Shown here: positions 25,614-39,000 of the stretch, piece by piece
Layout of the letters: every line of letters starts with the position of its first letter
Position numbering within the stretch: the stretch's first letter is position 1
Origin: Auanema rhodensis
Lineage: Eukaryota > Animalia > Nematoda
Reading direction: 5' to 3'
Assembly: GCA_964057225.1 (NCBI GenBank)
Contig: OZ059897.1
Location: forward strand, 20,088,001 to 20,152,000
Length of the DNA: 64,000 bases
Made by a program: the position numbers and the translations under genes
The notes under the pieces: generated by a model
Seen by the model: only the letters and a program-made list of their open reading frames with translations
Database searches by the model: none
Told to the model about the DNA's origin: nothing

Positions 25614-28600
25614 AAAGACAATGGACCATGTTATTCAACGAAAAAATTAATTCTTCAGGGTGAAAATCGAGGATATAAGTGTAAACTTATATCAGTTGAT
25701 ATCTCGGTGCATTTTTAAGCTAGCGCAAATCTGATAACACAGATCGACGCAGCTTAAAAATCCGCATCGAATGCACTATACTACATTGAGAAACGCTTAA
25801 TACACAAATTAGTTATGATCGTTTGAAAAATGATGCATTAGTGTATGTTGAGTTTCCATGTACACTCAACATTGCTTCCAAAAACATTTTGACAAAAATT
25901 TTTTCGAAAAATTTCAAAATAATTTAGCAAAAAGTAGATGTTTTTAGATTCCTTTTTTCAAGGCAAAGACAATGGACCATGTTATTCAACAAAAAAATTA
26001 ATTCTTCAGGGTGAAAATCAAGGATATAAGTGTGAACTTATATCAGTTGATATCTCGGTGCATTTTTAAGCTAGCGCAAATCTGATAACACAGATCGATG
26101 CAGCTCAAAAATCCGTACGAATGCACTATACTATATTGAGAAACGCTTAATACAAAAATTAGTTATGATCGTTTGAAAAATGATGCATTAGTGTATGTTG
26201 AGTTTCCATGTACACTCAACATTGCTTCCAAAAACATTTTGACAAAAATTTTTTCGAAAAATTTCAAAATAATTTAGCAAAAAGTAGATGTTTTTAGATT
26301 CCTTTTTTCAAGGCAAAGACGATGGACAATGTTATTTAACGAAAAAATTAATTCTTCAGGGTGAAAATCGAGGATATAAGTGTAAACTTATATCAGTTGA
26401 TATCTCGGTGCATTTTTAAGCTAGCGCAAATCTGATAACACAGATCGACGCAGCTTAAAAATCCGCATCGAATGCACTATACTACATTGAGAAACGCTAA
26501 ATACAAAAATTAGTTATGATCGTTTGAAAAATGATGCATTAGTGTATGTTGAGTTTCCATGTACACTCAACATTGCTTCCAAAAACATTTTGACAAAAAT
26601 TTTTTCGAAAAATTTCAAAATAATTTAGCAAAAAGTAGATGTTTTTAGATTCCTTTTTTCTAGGCAAAGACGATGGACAATGTTATTCAACGAAAAAATT
26701 AATTCTTCAGGGTGAAAATCGAGAATATAAGTGTAAACTTATATCAGTTGATATCTCGGTGCATTTTTAAGCTAGCGCAAATCTGATAACACAGATCGAC
26801 GCAGCTTTAAAATCCGCATCGAATGCACTATACTACATTGAGAAACGCTTAATACAAAAATTAGTTATGATCGTTTGAAAAATGATGCATTAGTGTATGT
26901 TGAGTTTCCATGTACACTCAACATTGCTTCCAAAAACATTTTGACAAAAATTTTTTCGAAAAATTTCAAAATAATTTAGCAAAAAGTAGATGTTTTTAGA
27001 TTCCTTTTTTCAAGGCAAAGACGATGGACGATGTTATTCAACGAAAAAATTAATTCTTCAGGGTGAAAATCGAGGATATAAGTGTGAACTTATATCAGTT
27101 GATATCTCGGTGCATTTTTAAGCTAGCGCAAATCTGATAACACAGATCGACGCAGCTCAAAAATCCGTACGAATGCACTATACTATATTGAGAAACGCTT
27201 AATACAAAAATTAGTTATGATCGTTTGAAAAATGATGCATTAGTGTATGTTGAGTTTCCATGTACACTCAACATTGCTTCCAAAAACATTTTGACAAAAA
27301 TTTTTTCGAAAAATTTCAAAATAATTTAGCAAAAAGTAGATGTTTTTAGATTCCTTTTTTCTAGGCAAAGACGATGGACAATGTTATTCAACGAAAAAAT
27401 TAATTCTTCAGGGTGAAAATCGAGGATATAAGTGTAAACTTATATCAGTTGATATCTCGGTGCATTTTTAAGCTAGCGCAAATCTGATAACACAGATCGA
27501 CGCAGCTTTAAAATCCGCATCGAATGCACTATACTACATTGAGAAACGCTTAATACAAAAATTAGTTATGATCGTTTGAAAAATGATGCATTAGTGTATG
27601 TTGAGTTTCCATGTACACTCAACATTGCTTCCAAAAACATTTTGACAAAAATTTTTTCGAAAAATTTCAAAATAATTTAGCAAAAAGTAGATGTTTTTAG
27701 ATTCCTTTTTTCAAGGCAAAGACAATGGACCATGTTATTCAACGAAAAAATTAATTCTTCAGGGTGAAAATCGAGGATATAAGTGTAAACTTATATCAGT
27801 TGATATCTCGGTGCATTTTTAAGCTAGCGCAAATCTGATAACACAGATCGACGCAGCTTAAAAATCCGCATCGAATGCACTATACTACATTGAGAAACGC
27901 TTAATACACAAATTAGTTATGATCGTTTGAAAAATGATGCATTAGTGTATGTTGAGTTTCCATGTACACTCAACATTGCTTCCAAAAACATTTTGACAAA
28001 AATTTTTTCGAAAAATTTCAAAATAATTTAGCAAAAAGTAGATGTTTTTAGATTCCTTTTTTCAAGGCAAAGACAATGGACCATGTTATTCAACAAAAAA
28101 ATTAATTCTTCAGGGTGAAAATCAAGGATATAAGTGTGAACTTATATCAGTTGATATCTCGGTGCATTTTTAAGCTAGCGCAAATCTGATAACACAGATC
28201 GATGCAGCTCAAAAATCCGTACGAATGCACTATACTATATTGAGAAACGCTTAATACAAAAATTAGTTATGATCGTTTGAAAAATGATGCATTAGTGTAT
28301 GTTGAGTTTCCATGTACACTCAACATTGCTTCCAAAAACATTTTGACAAAAATTTTTTCGAAAAATTTCAAAATAATTTAGCAAAAAGTAGATGTTTTTA
28401 GATTCCTTTTTTCAAGGCAAAGACGATGGACAATGTTATTTAACGAAAAAATTAATTCTTCAGGGTGAAAATCGAGGATATAAGTGTAAACTTATATCAG
28501 TTGATATCTCGGTGCATTTTTAAGCTAGCGCAAATCTGATAACACAGATCGACGCAGCTTAAAAATCCGCATCGAATGCACTATACTACATTGAGAAACG

Positions 28601-29821
28601 CTAAATACAAAAATTAGTTATGATCGTTTGAAAAATGATGCATTAGTGTATGTTGAGTTTCCATGTACACTCAACATTGCTTCCAAAAACATTTTGACAA
28701 AAATTTTTTCGAAAAATTTCAAAATAATTTAGCAAAAAGTAGATGTTTTTAGATTCCTTTTTTCTAGGCAAAGACGATGGACAATGTTATTCAACGAAAA
28801 AATTAATTCTTCAGGGTGAAAATCGAGAATATAAGTGTAAACTTATATCAGTTGATATCTCGGTGCATTTTTAAGCTAGCGCAAATCTGATAACACAGAT
28901 CGACGCAGCTTTAAAATCCGCATCGAATGCACTATACTACATTGAGAAACGCTTAATACAAAAATTAGTTATGATCGTTTGAAAAATGATGCATTAGTGT
29001 ATGTTGAGTTTCCATGTACACTCAACATTGCTTCCAAAAACATTTTGACAAAAATTTTTTCGAAAAATTTCAAAATAATTTAGCAAAAAGTAGATGTTTT
29101 TAGATTCCTTTTTTCAAGGCAAAGACGATGGACGATGTTATTCAACGAAAAAATTAATTCTTCAGGGTGAAAATCGAGGATATAAGTGTGAACTTATATC
29201 AGTTGATATCTCGGTGCATTTTTAAGCTAGCGCAAATCTGATAACACAGATCGACGCAGCTCAAAAATCCGTACGAATGCACTATACTATATTGAGAAAC
29301 GCTTAATACAAAAATTAGTTATGATCGTTTGAAAAATGATGCATTAGTGTATGTTGAGTTTCCATGTACACTCAACATTGCTTCCAAAAACATTTTGACA
29401 AAAATTTTTTCGAAAAATTTCAAAATAATTTAGCAAAAAGTAGATGTTTTTAGATTCCTTTTTTCTAGGCAAAGACGATGGACAATGTTATTCAACGAAA
29501 AAATTAATTCTTCAGGGTGAAAATCGAGGATATAAGTGTAAACTTATATCAGTTGATATCTCGGTGCATTTTTAAGCTAGCGCAAATCTGATAACACAGA
29601 TCGACGCAGCTTTAAAATCCGCATCGAATGCACTATACTACATTGAGAAACGCTTAATACAAAAATTAGTTATGATCGTTTGAAAAATGATGCATTAGTG
29701 TATGTTGAGTTTCCATGTACACTCAACATTGCTTCCAAAAACATTTTGACAAAAATTTTTTCGAAAAATTTCAAAATAATTTAGCAAAAAGTAGATGTTT
29801 TTAGATTCCTTTTTTTAAGGC
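25614..29821. repeat. Higher-order 6-mer, 2 x 2104 bp
   Basis: TACACAAATT, AATCAAGG+GATGCAGCTC, CGCTAAAT, GAGAATAT, CTAGG and GCTTTAAA recur in the same order from 25614 and from 27718. Confidence 0.9.
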
Positions 29822-31439
29822 AAAGACGATGGACGATGTTATTCAACGAAAAAATTAATTCTTCAGGGTGAAAATCGAGGATATAAGTGTGAACTTATAT
29901 CAGTTGATATCTCGGTGCATTTTTAAGCTAGCGCAAATCTGATAACACAGATCGACGCAGCTTAAAAATCCGCATCGAATGCACTATACTACATTGAGAA
30001 ACGCTTAATACAAAAATTAGTTATGATCGTTTGAAAAATGATACATTAGTGTATGTTGAGTTTCCATGTACACTCAACATTGCTTCCAAAAACATTTTGA
30101 CAAAAATTTTTTCGAAAAATTTCAAAATAATTTAGCAAAAAGTAGATGTTTTTAGATTCCTTTTTTTAAGGCAAAGACGATGGACGATGTTATTCAACGA
30201 AAAAATTAATTCTTCAGGGTGAAAATCGAGGATATAAGTGTGAACTTATATCAGTTGATATCTCGGTGCATTTTTAAGCTAGCGCAAATCTGATAACACA
30301 GATCGACGCAGCTTAAAATTCCGCATCGAATGCACTATACTACATTGAGAAACGCTAAATACAAAAATTAGTTATGATCGTTTGAAAAATGATGCATTAG
30401 TGTATGTTGAGTTTCCATGTACACTCAACATTGCTTCCAAAAACATTTTGACAAAAATTTTTTCGAAAAATTTCAAAATAATTTAGCAAAAAGTAGATGT
30501 TTTTAGATTCCTTTTTTCTAGGCAAAGACGATGGACAATGTTATTCAACGAAAAAATTAATTCTTCAGGGTGAAAATCGAGGATATAAGTGTAAACTTAT
30601 ATCAGTTGATATCTCGGTGCATTTTTAAGCTAGCGCAAATCTGATAACACAGATCGACGCAGCTTTAAAATCCGCATCGAATGCACTATACTACATTGAG
30701 AAACGCTTAATACAAAAATTAGTTATGATCGTTTGAAAAATGATGCATTAGTGTATGTTGAGTTTCCATGTACACTCAACATTGCTTCCAAAAACATTTT
30801 GACAAAAATTTTTTCGAAAAATTTCAAAATAATTTAGCAAAAAGTAGATGTTTTTAGATTCCTTTTTTCAAGGCAAAGACGATGGACGATGTTATTCAAC
30901 GAAAAAATTAATTCTTCAGGGTGAAAATCGAGGATATAAGTGTGAACTTATATCAGTTGATATCTCGGTGCATTTTTAAGCTAGCGCAAATCTGATAACA
31001 CAGATCGACGCAGCTCAAAAATCCGTACGAATGCACTATACTATATTGAGAAACGCTTAATACAAAAATTAGTTATGATCGTTTGAAAAATGATGCATTA
31101 GTGTATGTTGAGTTTCCATGTACACTCAACATTGCTTCCAAAAACATTTTGACAAAAATTTTTTCGAAAAATTTCAAAATAATTTAGCAAAAAGTAGATG
31201 TTTTTAGATTCCTTTTTTCAAGGCAAAGACGATGGACAATGTTATTCAACGAAAAAATTATTTCTTCAGGGTGAAAATCGAGGATATAAGTGTGAACTTA
31301 TATCAGTTGATATCTCGGTGCATTTTTAAGCTAGCGCAAATCTGATAACACAGATCGACGCAGCTTAAAAATCCGCATCGAATGCACTATACTACATTGA
31401 GAAACGCTTAATACAAAAATTAGTTATGATCGTTTGAAA

Positions 31440-34400
31440 AATGATGCTTTAGTGTATGTTGAGTTTCCATGTACACTCAACATTGCTTCCAAAAACATTT
31501 TGACAAAAATTTTTTCGAAAAATTTCAAAATAATTTAGCAAAAAGTAGATGTTTTTAGATTCCTTTTTTCAAGGCAAAGACGATGGACAATGTTATTCAA
31601 CGAAAACATTAATTCTTCAGGGTGAGAATCGAGGATATAAGTGTGAACTTATATCAGTTGATATCTCGGTACATTTTTAAGCTAGCGCAAATCTGATAAC
31701 ACAGATCGACGCAGCTTAAAAATCCGCATCGAATGCACTATACTACATGGAAGAACGCTTAATACAAAAATTAGTTATGATCGTTTGAAAAATGATGCAT
31801 TAGTGTATGTTGAGTTTCCATGTACACTCAACATTGCTTCCAAAAACATTTTGACAAAAATTTTTTCGAAAAATTTCAAAATAATTTAGCAAAAAGTAGA
31901 TGTTTTTAGATTCCTTCTTTCAAGGCAAAGACGATGGACAATGTTATTCAACGAAAAAATTAATTCTTCAGGGTGAAAATCGAGGATATAAGTGTGAACT
32001 TATATCAGTTGATATCTCGGTGCATTTTCAAGCTAGCGCAAATCTGATAACACAGATCGACGCAGCTTAAAAATCCGCATCGAATGCACTATACTACATT
32101 GAGAAACGCTTAATACAAAAATTAGTTATGATCGTTTGAAAAATGATGCATTAGTGTATGTTGAGTTTCCATGTACACTCAACATTGCTTCCAAAAACAT
32201 TTTGACAAAAATTTTTTCGAAAAATTTCAAGATAATTTAGCAAAAAGTAGATGTTTTTAGATTCCTTTTTTCAAGGTAAAGACGATGGACAATGTTATTC
32301 AACGAAAAAATTAATTCTTCAGGGTGAAAATCGAGGATATAAGTGTGAACTTATATCAGTTGATATCTCGGTGCATTTTTAAGCTAGCGCAAATCTGATA
32401 ACACAGATCGACGCAGCTTAAAAATCCGCATCGAATGCACTGTACTACATAGAAGAACGCTTAATACAAAAATTAGTTATGATCGTTTGAAAAATGATGC
32501 ATTAGTGTATATTGAGTTTCCATGTACACTCAACATTGCTTCCAAAAACATTTTGACAAAAATTTTTTCGAAAAATTTCAAAATAATTTAGCAAAAAGTA
32601 GATGTTTTTAGATTCCTTTTTTCAAGGCAAAGACGATGGACAATGTTATTCAACGAAAAAATTATTTCTTCAGGGTGAAAATCGAGGATATAAGTGTGAA
32701 CTTATATCAGTTGATATCTCGGTGCATTTTTAAGCTAGCGCAAATCTGATAACACAGATCGACGCAGCTTAAAAATCCGCATCGAATGCACTATACTACA
32801 TTGAGAAACGCTTAATACAAAAATTAGTTATGATCGTTTGAAAAATGATGCATTAGTGTATGTTGAGTTTCCATGTACACTCAACATTGATTCCAAAAAC
32901 ATTTTGACAAAAATTTTTTCGAAAAATTTCAAAATAATTTAGCAAAAAGTAGATGTTTTTAGATTCCTTTTTTCAAGGCAAAGACGATGGACAATGTTAT
33001 TCAACGAAAAAATTAATTCTTCAGGGTGAAAATCGAGGATATAAGTGTGAACTTATATCAGTTGATATCTCGGTACATTTTTAAGCTAGCGCAAATCTGA
33101 TAACACAGATCGACGCAGCTTAAAAATCCGCATCGAATGCACTATACTACATGGAAGAACGCTTAATACAAAAATTAGTTATGATCGTTTGAAAAATGAT
33201 GCATTAGTGTATGTTGAGTTTCCATGTACACTCAACATTGCTTCCAAAAACATTTTGACAAAAATTTTTTCGAAAAATTTCAAAATAGATTAGCAAAAAG
33301 TAGATGTTTTTAGATTCCTTTTTTCAAGGCAAAGACGATGGACAATGTTATTCAACGAAAAAATTATTTCTTCAGGGTGAAAATCGAGGATATAAGTGTG
33401 AACTTATATCAGTTGATATCTCGGTGCATTTTTAAGCTAGCGCAAATCTGATAACACAGATCGACGCAGCTTAAAAATCCGCATCGAATGCACTATACTA
33501 CATTGAGAAACGCTTTATACAAAAATTAGTTATGATCGTTTGAAAAATGATACATTAGTGTATGTTGAGTTTCCATGTACACTCAACATTGCTTCCAAAA
33601 ACATTTTGACAAAAATTTTTTCGAAAAATTTCAAAATAATTTAGCAAAAAGTAGATGTTTTTAGATTCCTTTTTTTAAGGCAAAGACGATGGACGATGTT
33701 ATTCAACGAAAAAATTAATTCTTCAGGGTGAAAATCGAGGATATAAGTGTGAACTTATATCAGTTGATATCTCGGTGCATTTTTAAGCTAGCGCAAATCT
33801 GATAACACAGATCGACGCAGCTTAAAAATCCGCATCGAATGCACTATACTACATTGAGAAACGCTTAATACAAAAATTAGTTATGATCGTTTGAAAAATG
33901 ATGCTTTAGTGTATGTTGAGTTTCCATGTACACTCAACATTGCTTCCAAAAACATTTTGACAAAAATTTTTTCGAAAAATTTCAAAATAATTTAACAAAA
34001 AGTAGATGTTTTTAGATTCCTTTTTTCAAGGCAAAGACGATGGACAATGTTATTCAACGAAAACATTAATTCTTCAGGGTGAGAATCGAGGATATAAGTG
34101 TGAACTTATATCAGTTGATATCTCGGTACATTTTTAAGCTAGCGCAAATCTGATAACACAGATCGACGCAGCTTAAAAATCCGCATCGAATGCACTATAC
34201 TACATGGAAGAACGCTTAATACAAAAATTAGTTATGATCGTTTGAAAAATGATGCATTAGTGTATGTTGAGTTTCCATGTACACTCAACATTGCTTCCAA
34301 AAACATTTTGACAAAAATTTTTTCGAAAAATTTCAAAATAATTTAGCAAAAAGTAGATGTTTTTAGATTCCTTCTTTCAAGGCAAAGACGATGGACAATG

Positions 34401-36000
34401 TTATTCAACGAAAAAATTAATTCTTCAGGGTGAAAATCGAGGATATAAATGTGAACTTATATCAGTTGATATCTCGGTGCATTTTCAAGCTAGCGCAAAT
34501 CTGATAACACAGATCGACGCAGCTTAAAAATCCGCATCGAATGCACTATACTACATTGAGAAACGCTTAATACAAAAATTAGTTATGATCGTTTGAAAAA
34601 TGATGCATTAGTGTATGTTGAGTTTCCATGTACACTCAACATTGCTTCCAAAAACATTTTGACAAAAATTTTTTCGAAAAATTTCAAGATAATTTAGCAA
34701 AAAGTAGATGTTTTTAGATTCCTTTTTTCAAGGTAAAGACGATGGACAATGTTATTCAACGAAAAAATTAATTCTTCAGGGTGAAAATCGAGGATATAAG
34801 TGTGAACTTATATCAGTTGATATCTCGGTGCATTTTTAAGCTAGCGCAAATCTGATAACACAGATCGACGCAGCTTAAAAATCCGCATCGAATGCACTGT
34901 ACTACATAGAAGAACGCTTAATACAAAAATTAGTTATGATCGTTTGAAAAATGATGCATTAGTGTATATTGAGTTTCCATGTACACTCAACATTGCTTCC
35001 AAAAACATTTTGACAAAAATTTTTTCGAAAAATTTCAAAATAATTTAGCAAAAAGTAGATGTTTTTAGATTCCTTTTTTCAAGGCAAAGACGATGGACAA
35101 TGTTATTCAACGAAAAAATTATTTCTTCAGGGTGAAAATCGAGGATATAAGTGTGAACTTATATCAGTTGATATCTCGGTGCATTTTTAAGCTAGCGCAA
35201 ATCTGATAACACAGATCGACGCAGCTTAAAAATCCGCATCGAATGCACTATACTACATTGAGAAACGCTTAATACAAAAATTAGTTATGATCGTTTGAAA
35301 AATGATGCATTAGTGTATGTTGAGTTTCCATGTACACTCAACATTGATTCCAAAAACATTTTGACAAAAATTTTTTCGAAAAATTTCAAAATAATTTAGC
35401 AAAAAGTAGATGTTTTTAGATTCCTTTTTTCAAGGCAAAGACGATGGACAATGTTATTCAACGAAAAAATTAATTCTTCAGGGTGAAAATCGAGGATATA
35501 AGTGTGAACTTATATCAGTTGATATCTCGGTACATTTTTAAGCTAGCGCAAATCTGATAACACAGATCGACGCAGCTTAAAAATCCGCATCGAATGCACT
35601 ATACTACATGGAAGAACGCTTAATACAAAAATTAGTTATGATCGTTTGAAAAATGATGCATTAGTGTATGTTGAGTTTCCATGTACACTCAACATTGCTT
35701 CCAAAAACATTTTGACAAAAATTTTTTCGAAAAATTTCAAAATAGATTAGCAAAAAGTAGATGTTTTTAGATTCCTTTTTTCAAGGCAAAGACGATGGAC
35801 AATGTTATTCAACGAAAAAATTATTTCTTCAGGGTGAAAATCGAGGATATAAGTGTGAACTTATATCAGTTGATATCTCGGTGCATTTTTAAGCTAGCGC
35901 AAATCTGATAACACAGATCGACGCAGCTTAAAAATCCGCATCGAATGCACTATACTACATTGAGAAACGCTTTATACAAAAATTAGTTATGATCGTTTGA
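31440..36000. repeat. Higher-order 7-mer duplication, period 2457 bp
   Basis: ATGCTTT, GAAAACATT+GTGAGAATC, CCTTCTTT, TTTTCAAGCT, AGGTAAA, ACTGTAC+ATAGAAG, ATTGATTCC, ATAGATT and CGCTTTA recur in order (e.g. monomers at 31576 and 34033). Ends approximate. Confidence 0.88.
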
Positions 36001-39000
36001 AAAATGATGCATTAGTGTATGTTGAGTTTCCATGTACACTCAACATTGATTCCAAAAACATTTTGACAAAAATTTTTTCGAAAAATTTCAAAATAATTTA
36101 GCAAAAAGTAGATGTTTTTAGATTCCTTTTTTCAAGGCAAAGACGATGGACAATGTTATTCAACGAAAAAATTAATTCTTCAGGGTGAAAATCGAGGATA
36201 TAAGTGTGAACTTAGATCAGTTGATATCTCGGTACATTTTTAAGCTAGCGCAAATCTGATAACACAGATCGACGCAGCTTAAAAATCCGCATCGAATGCA
36301 CTATACTACATTGAGAAACGCTTAATACAAAAATTAGTTATGATCGTTTGAAAAATGATGCATTAGTGTATGTTGAGTTTCCATGTACACTCAACATTGA
36401 TTCCAAAAACATTTTGACAAAAATTTTTTCGAAAAATTTCAAAATAATTTAGCAAAAAGTAGATGTTTTTAGATTCCTTTTTTCAAGGCAAAGACGATGG
36501 ACAATGTTATTCAACGAAAAAATTAATTCTTCAGGGTGAAAATCGAGGATATAAGTGTGAACTTATATCAGTTGATATCTCGGTACATTTTTAAGCTAGC
36601 GCAAATCTGATAACACAGATCGACGCAGCTTAAAAATCCGCATCGAATGCACTATACTACATGGAAGAACGCTTAATACAAAAATTAGTTATGATCGTTT
36701 GAAAAATGATGCATTAGTGTATGTTGAGTTTCCATGTACACTCAACATTGCTTCCAAAAACATTTTGACAAAAATTTTTTCGAAAAATTTCAAAATAGAT
36801 TAGCAAAAAGTAGATGTTTTTAGATTCCTTTTTTCAAGGCAAAGACGATGGACAATGTTATTCAACGAAAAAATTATTTCTTCAGGGTGAAAATCGAGGA
36901 TATAAGTGTGAACTTATATCAGTTGATATCTCGGTGCATTTTTAAGCTAGCGCAAATCTGATAACACAGATCGACGCAGCTTAAAAATCCGCATCGAATG
37001 CACTATACTACATTGAGAAACGCTTTATACAAAAATTAGTTATGATCGTTTGAAAAATGATGCATTAGTGTATGTTGAGTTTCCATGTACACTCAACATT
37101 GATTCCAAAAACATTTTGACAAAAATTTTTTCGAAAAATTTCAAAATAATTTAGCAAAAAGTAGATGTTTTTAGATTCCTTTTTTCAAGGCAAAGACGAT
37201 GGACAATGTTATTCAACGAAAAAATTAATTCTTCAGGGTGAAAATCGAGGATATAAGTGTGAACTTAGATCAGTTGATATCTCGGTACATTTTTAAGCTA
37301 GCGCAAATCTGATAACACAGATCGACGCAGCTTAAAAATCCGCATCGAATGCACTATACTACATGGAAGAACGCTTAATACAAAAATTAGTTATGATCGT
37401 TTGAAAAATGATGCATTAGTGTATGTTGAGTTTCCATGTACACTCAACATTGCTTCCAAAAACATTTTGACAAAAATTTTTTCGAAAAATTTCAAAATAG
37501 ATTAGCAAAAAGTGGATGTTTTTAGATTCCTTTTTTCAAGGCAAAGACGATGGACAATGTTATTCAACGAAAAAATTATTTCTTCAGGGTGAAAATCGAG
37601 GATATAAGTGTGAACTTATATCAGTTGATATCTCGGTGCATTTTTAAGCTAGCGCAAATCTGATAACACAGATCGACGCAGCTTAAAAATCCGCATTGAA
37701 TGCACTATACTACATTGAGAAACGCTTAATACAAAAATTAGTTATGATCGTTTGAAAAATGATGCATTAGTGTATGTTGAGTTTCCATGTACACTCAACA
37801 TTGCTTCCAAAAACATTTTGACAAAAATTTTTTCGAAAAATTTCAAAATAATTTAGCAAAAAGTAGATGTTCTTAGATTCCTTTTTTCAAGGCAAAGACG
37901 ATGGACAATGTTATTCAACGAAAAAATTATTTCTTCAGGGTGAAAATCGAGGATATAAGTGTGAACTTATATCAGTTGATATCTCGGTACATTTTTAAGC
38001 TAGCGCAAATCTGATAACACAGATCGACGCAGCTTAAAAATCCGCATCGAATGCACTATACTACATGGAAGAACGCTTAATACAAAAATTAGTTATGATC
38101 GTTTGAAAAATGATGCATTAGTGTATGTTGAGTTTCCATGTACACTCAACATTGCTTCCAAAAACATTTTGACAAAAATTTTTTCGAAAAATTTCAAAAT
38201 AGATTAGCAAAAAGTAGATGTTTTTAGATTCCTTTTTTCAAGGCAAAGACGATGGACAATGTTATTCAACGAAAAAATTATTTCTTCAGGGTGAAAATCG
38301 AGGATATAAGTGTGAACTTATATCAGTTGATATCTCGGTGCATTTTTAAGCTAGCGCAAATCTGATAACACAGATCGACGCAGCTTAAAAATCCGCATTG
38401 AATGCACTATACTACATTGAGAAACGCTTAATACAAAAATTAGTTATGATCGTTTGAAAAATGATGCATTAGTGTATGTTGAGTTTCCATGTACACTCAA
38501 CATTGCTTCCAAAAACATTTTGACAAAAATTTTTTTGAAAAATTTCAAAATAATTTAGCAAAAAGTAGATGTTCTTAGATTCCTTTTTTCAAGGCAAAGA
38601 CGATGAACAATGTTATTCAACGAAAAAATTATTTCTTCAGGGTGAAAATCGAGGATATAAGTGTGAACTTATATCAGTTGATATCTCGGTGCATTTTTAA
38701 GCTAGCGCAAATCTGATAACACAGATCGACGCAGCTTAAAAATCCGCATCGAATGCACTATACTACATTGAGAAACGCTTAATACAAAAATTAGTTATGA
38801 TCGTTTGAAAAATGATGCATTAGTGTATGTTGAGTTTCCATGTACACTCAACATTGCTTCCAAAAACATTTTGACAAAAATTTTTTCGAAAAATTTCAAA
38901 ATAATTTAGCAAAAAGTAGATGTTCTTAGATTCCTTTTTTCAAGGCAAAGACGATGAACAATGTTATTCAACGAAAAAATTATTTCTTCAGGGTGAAAAT

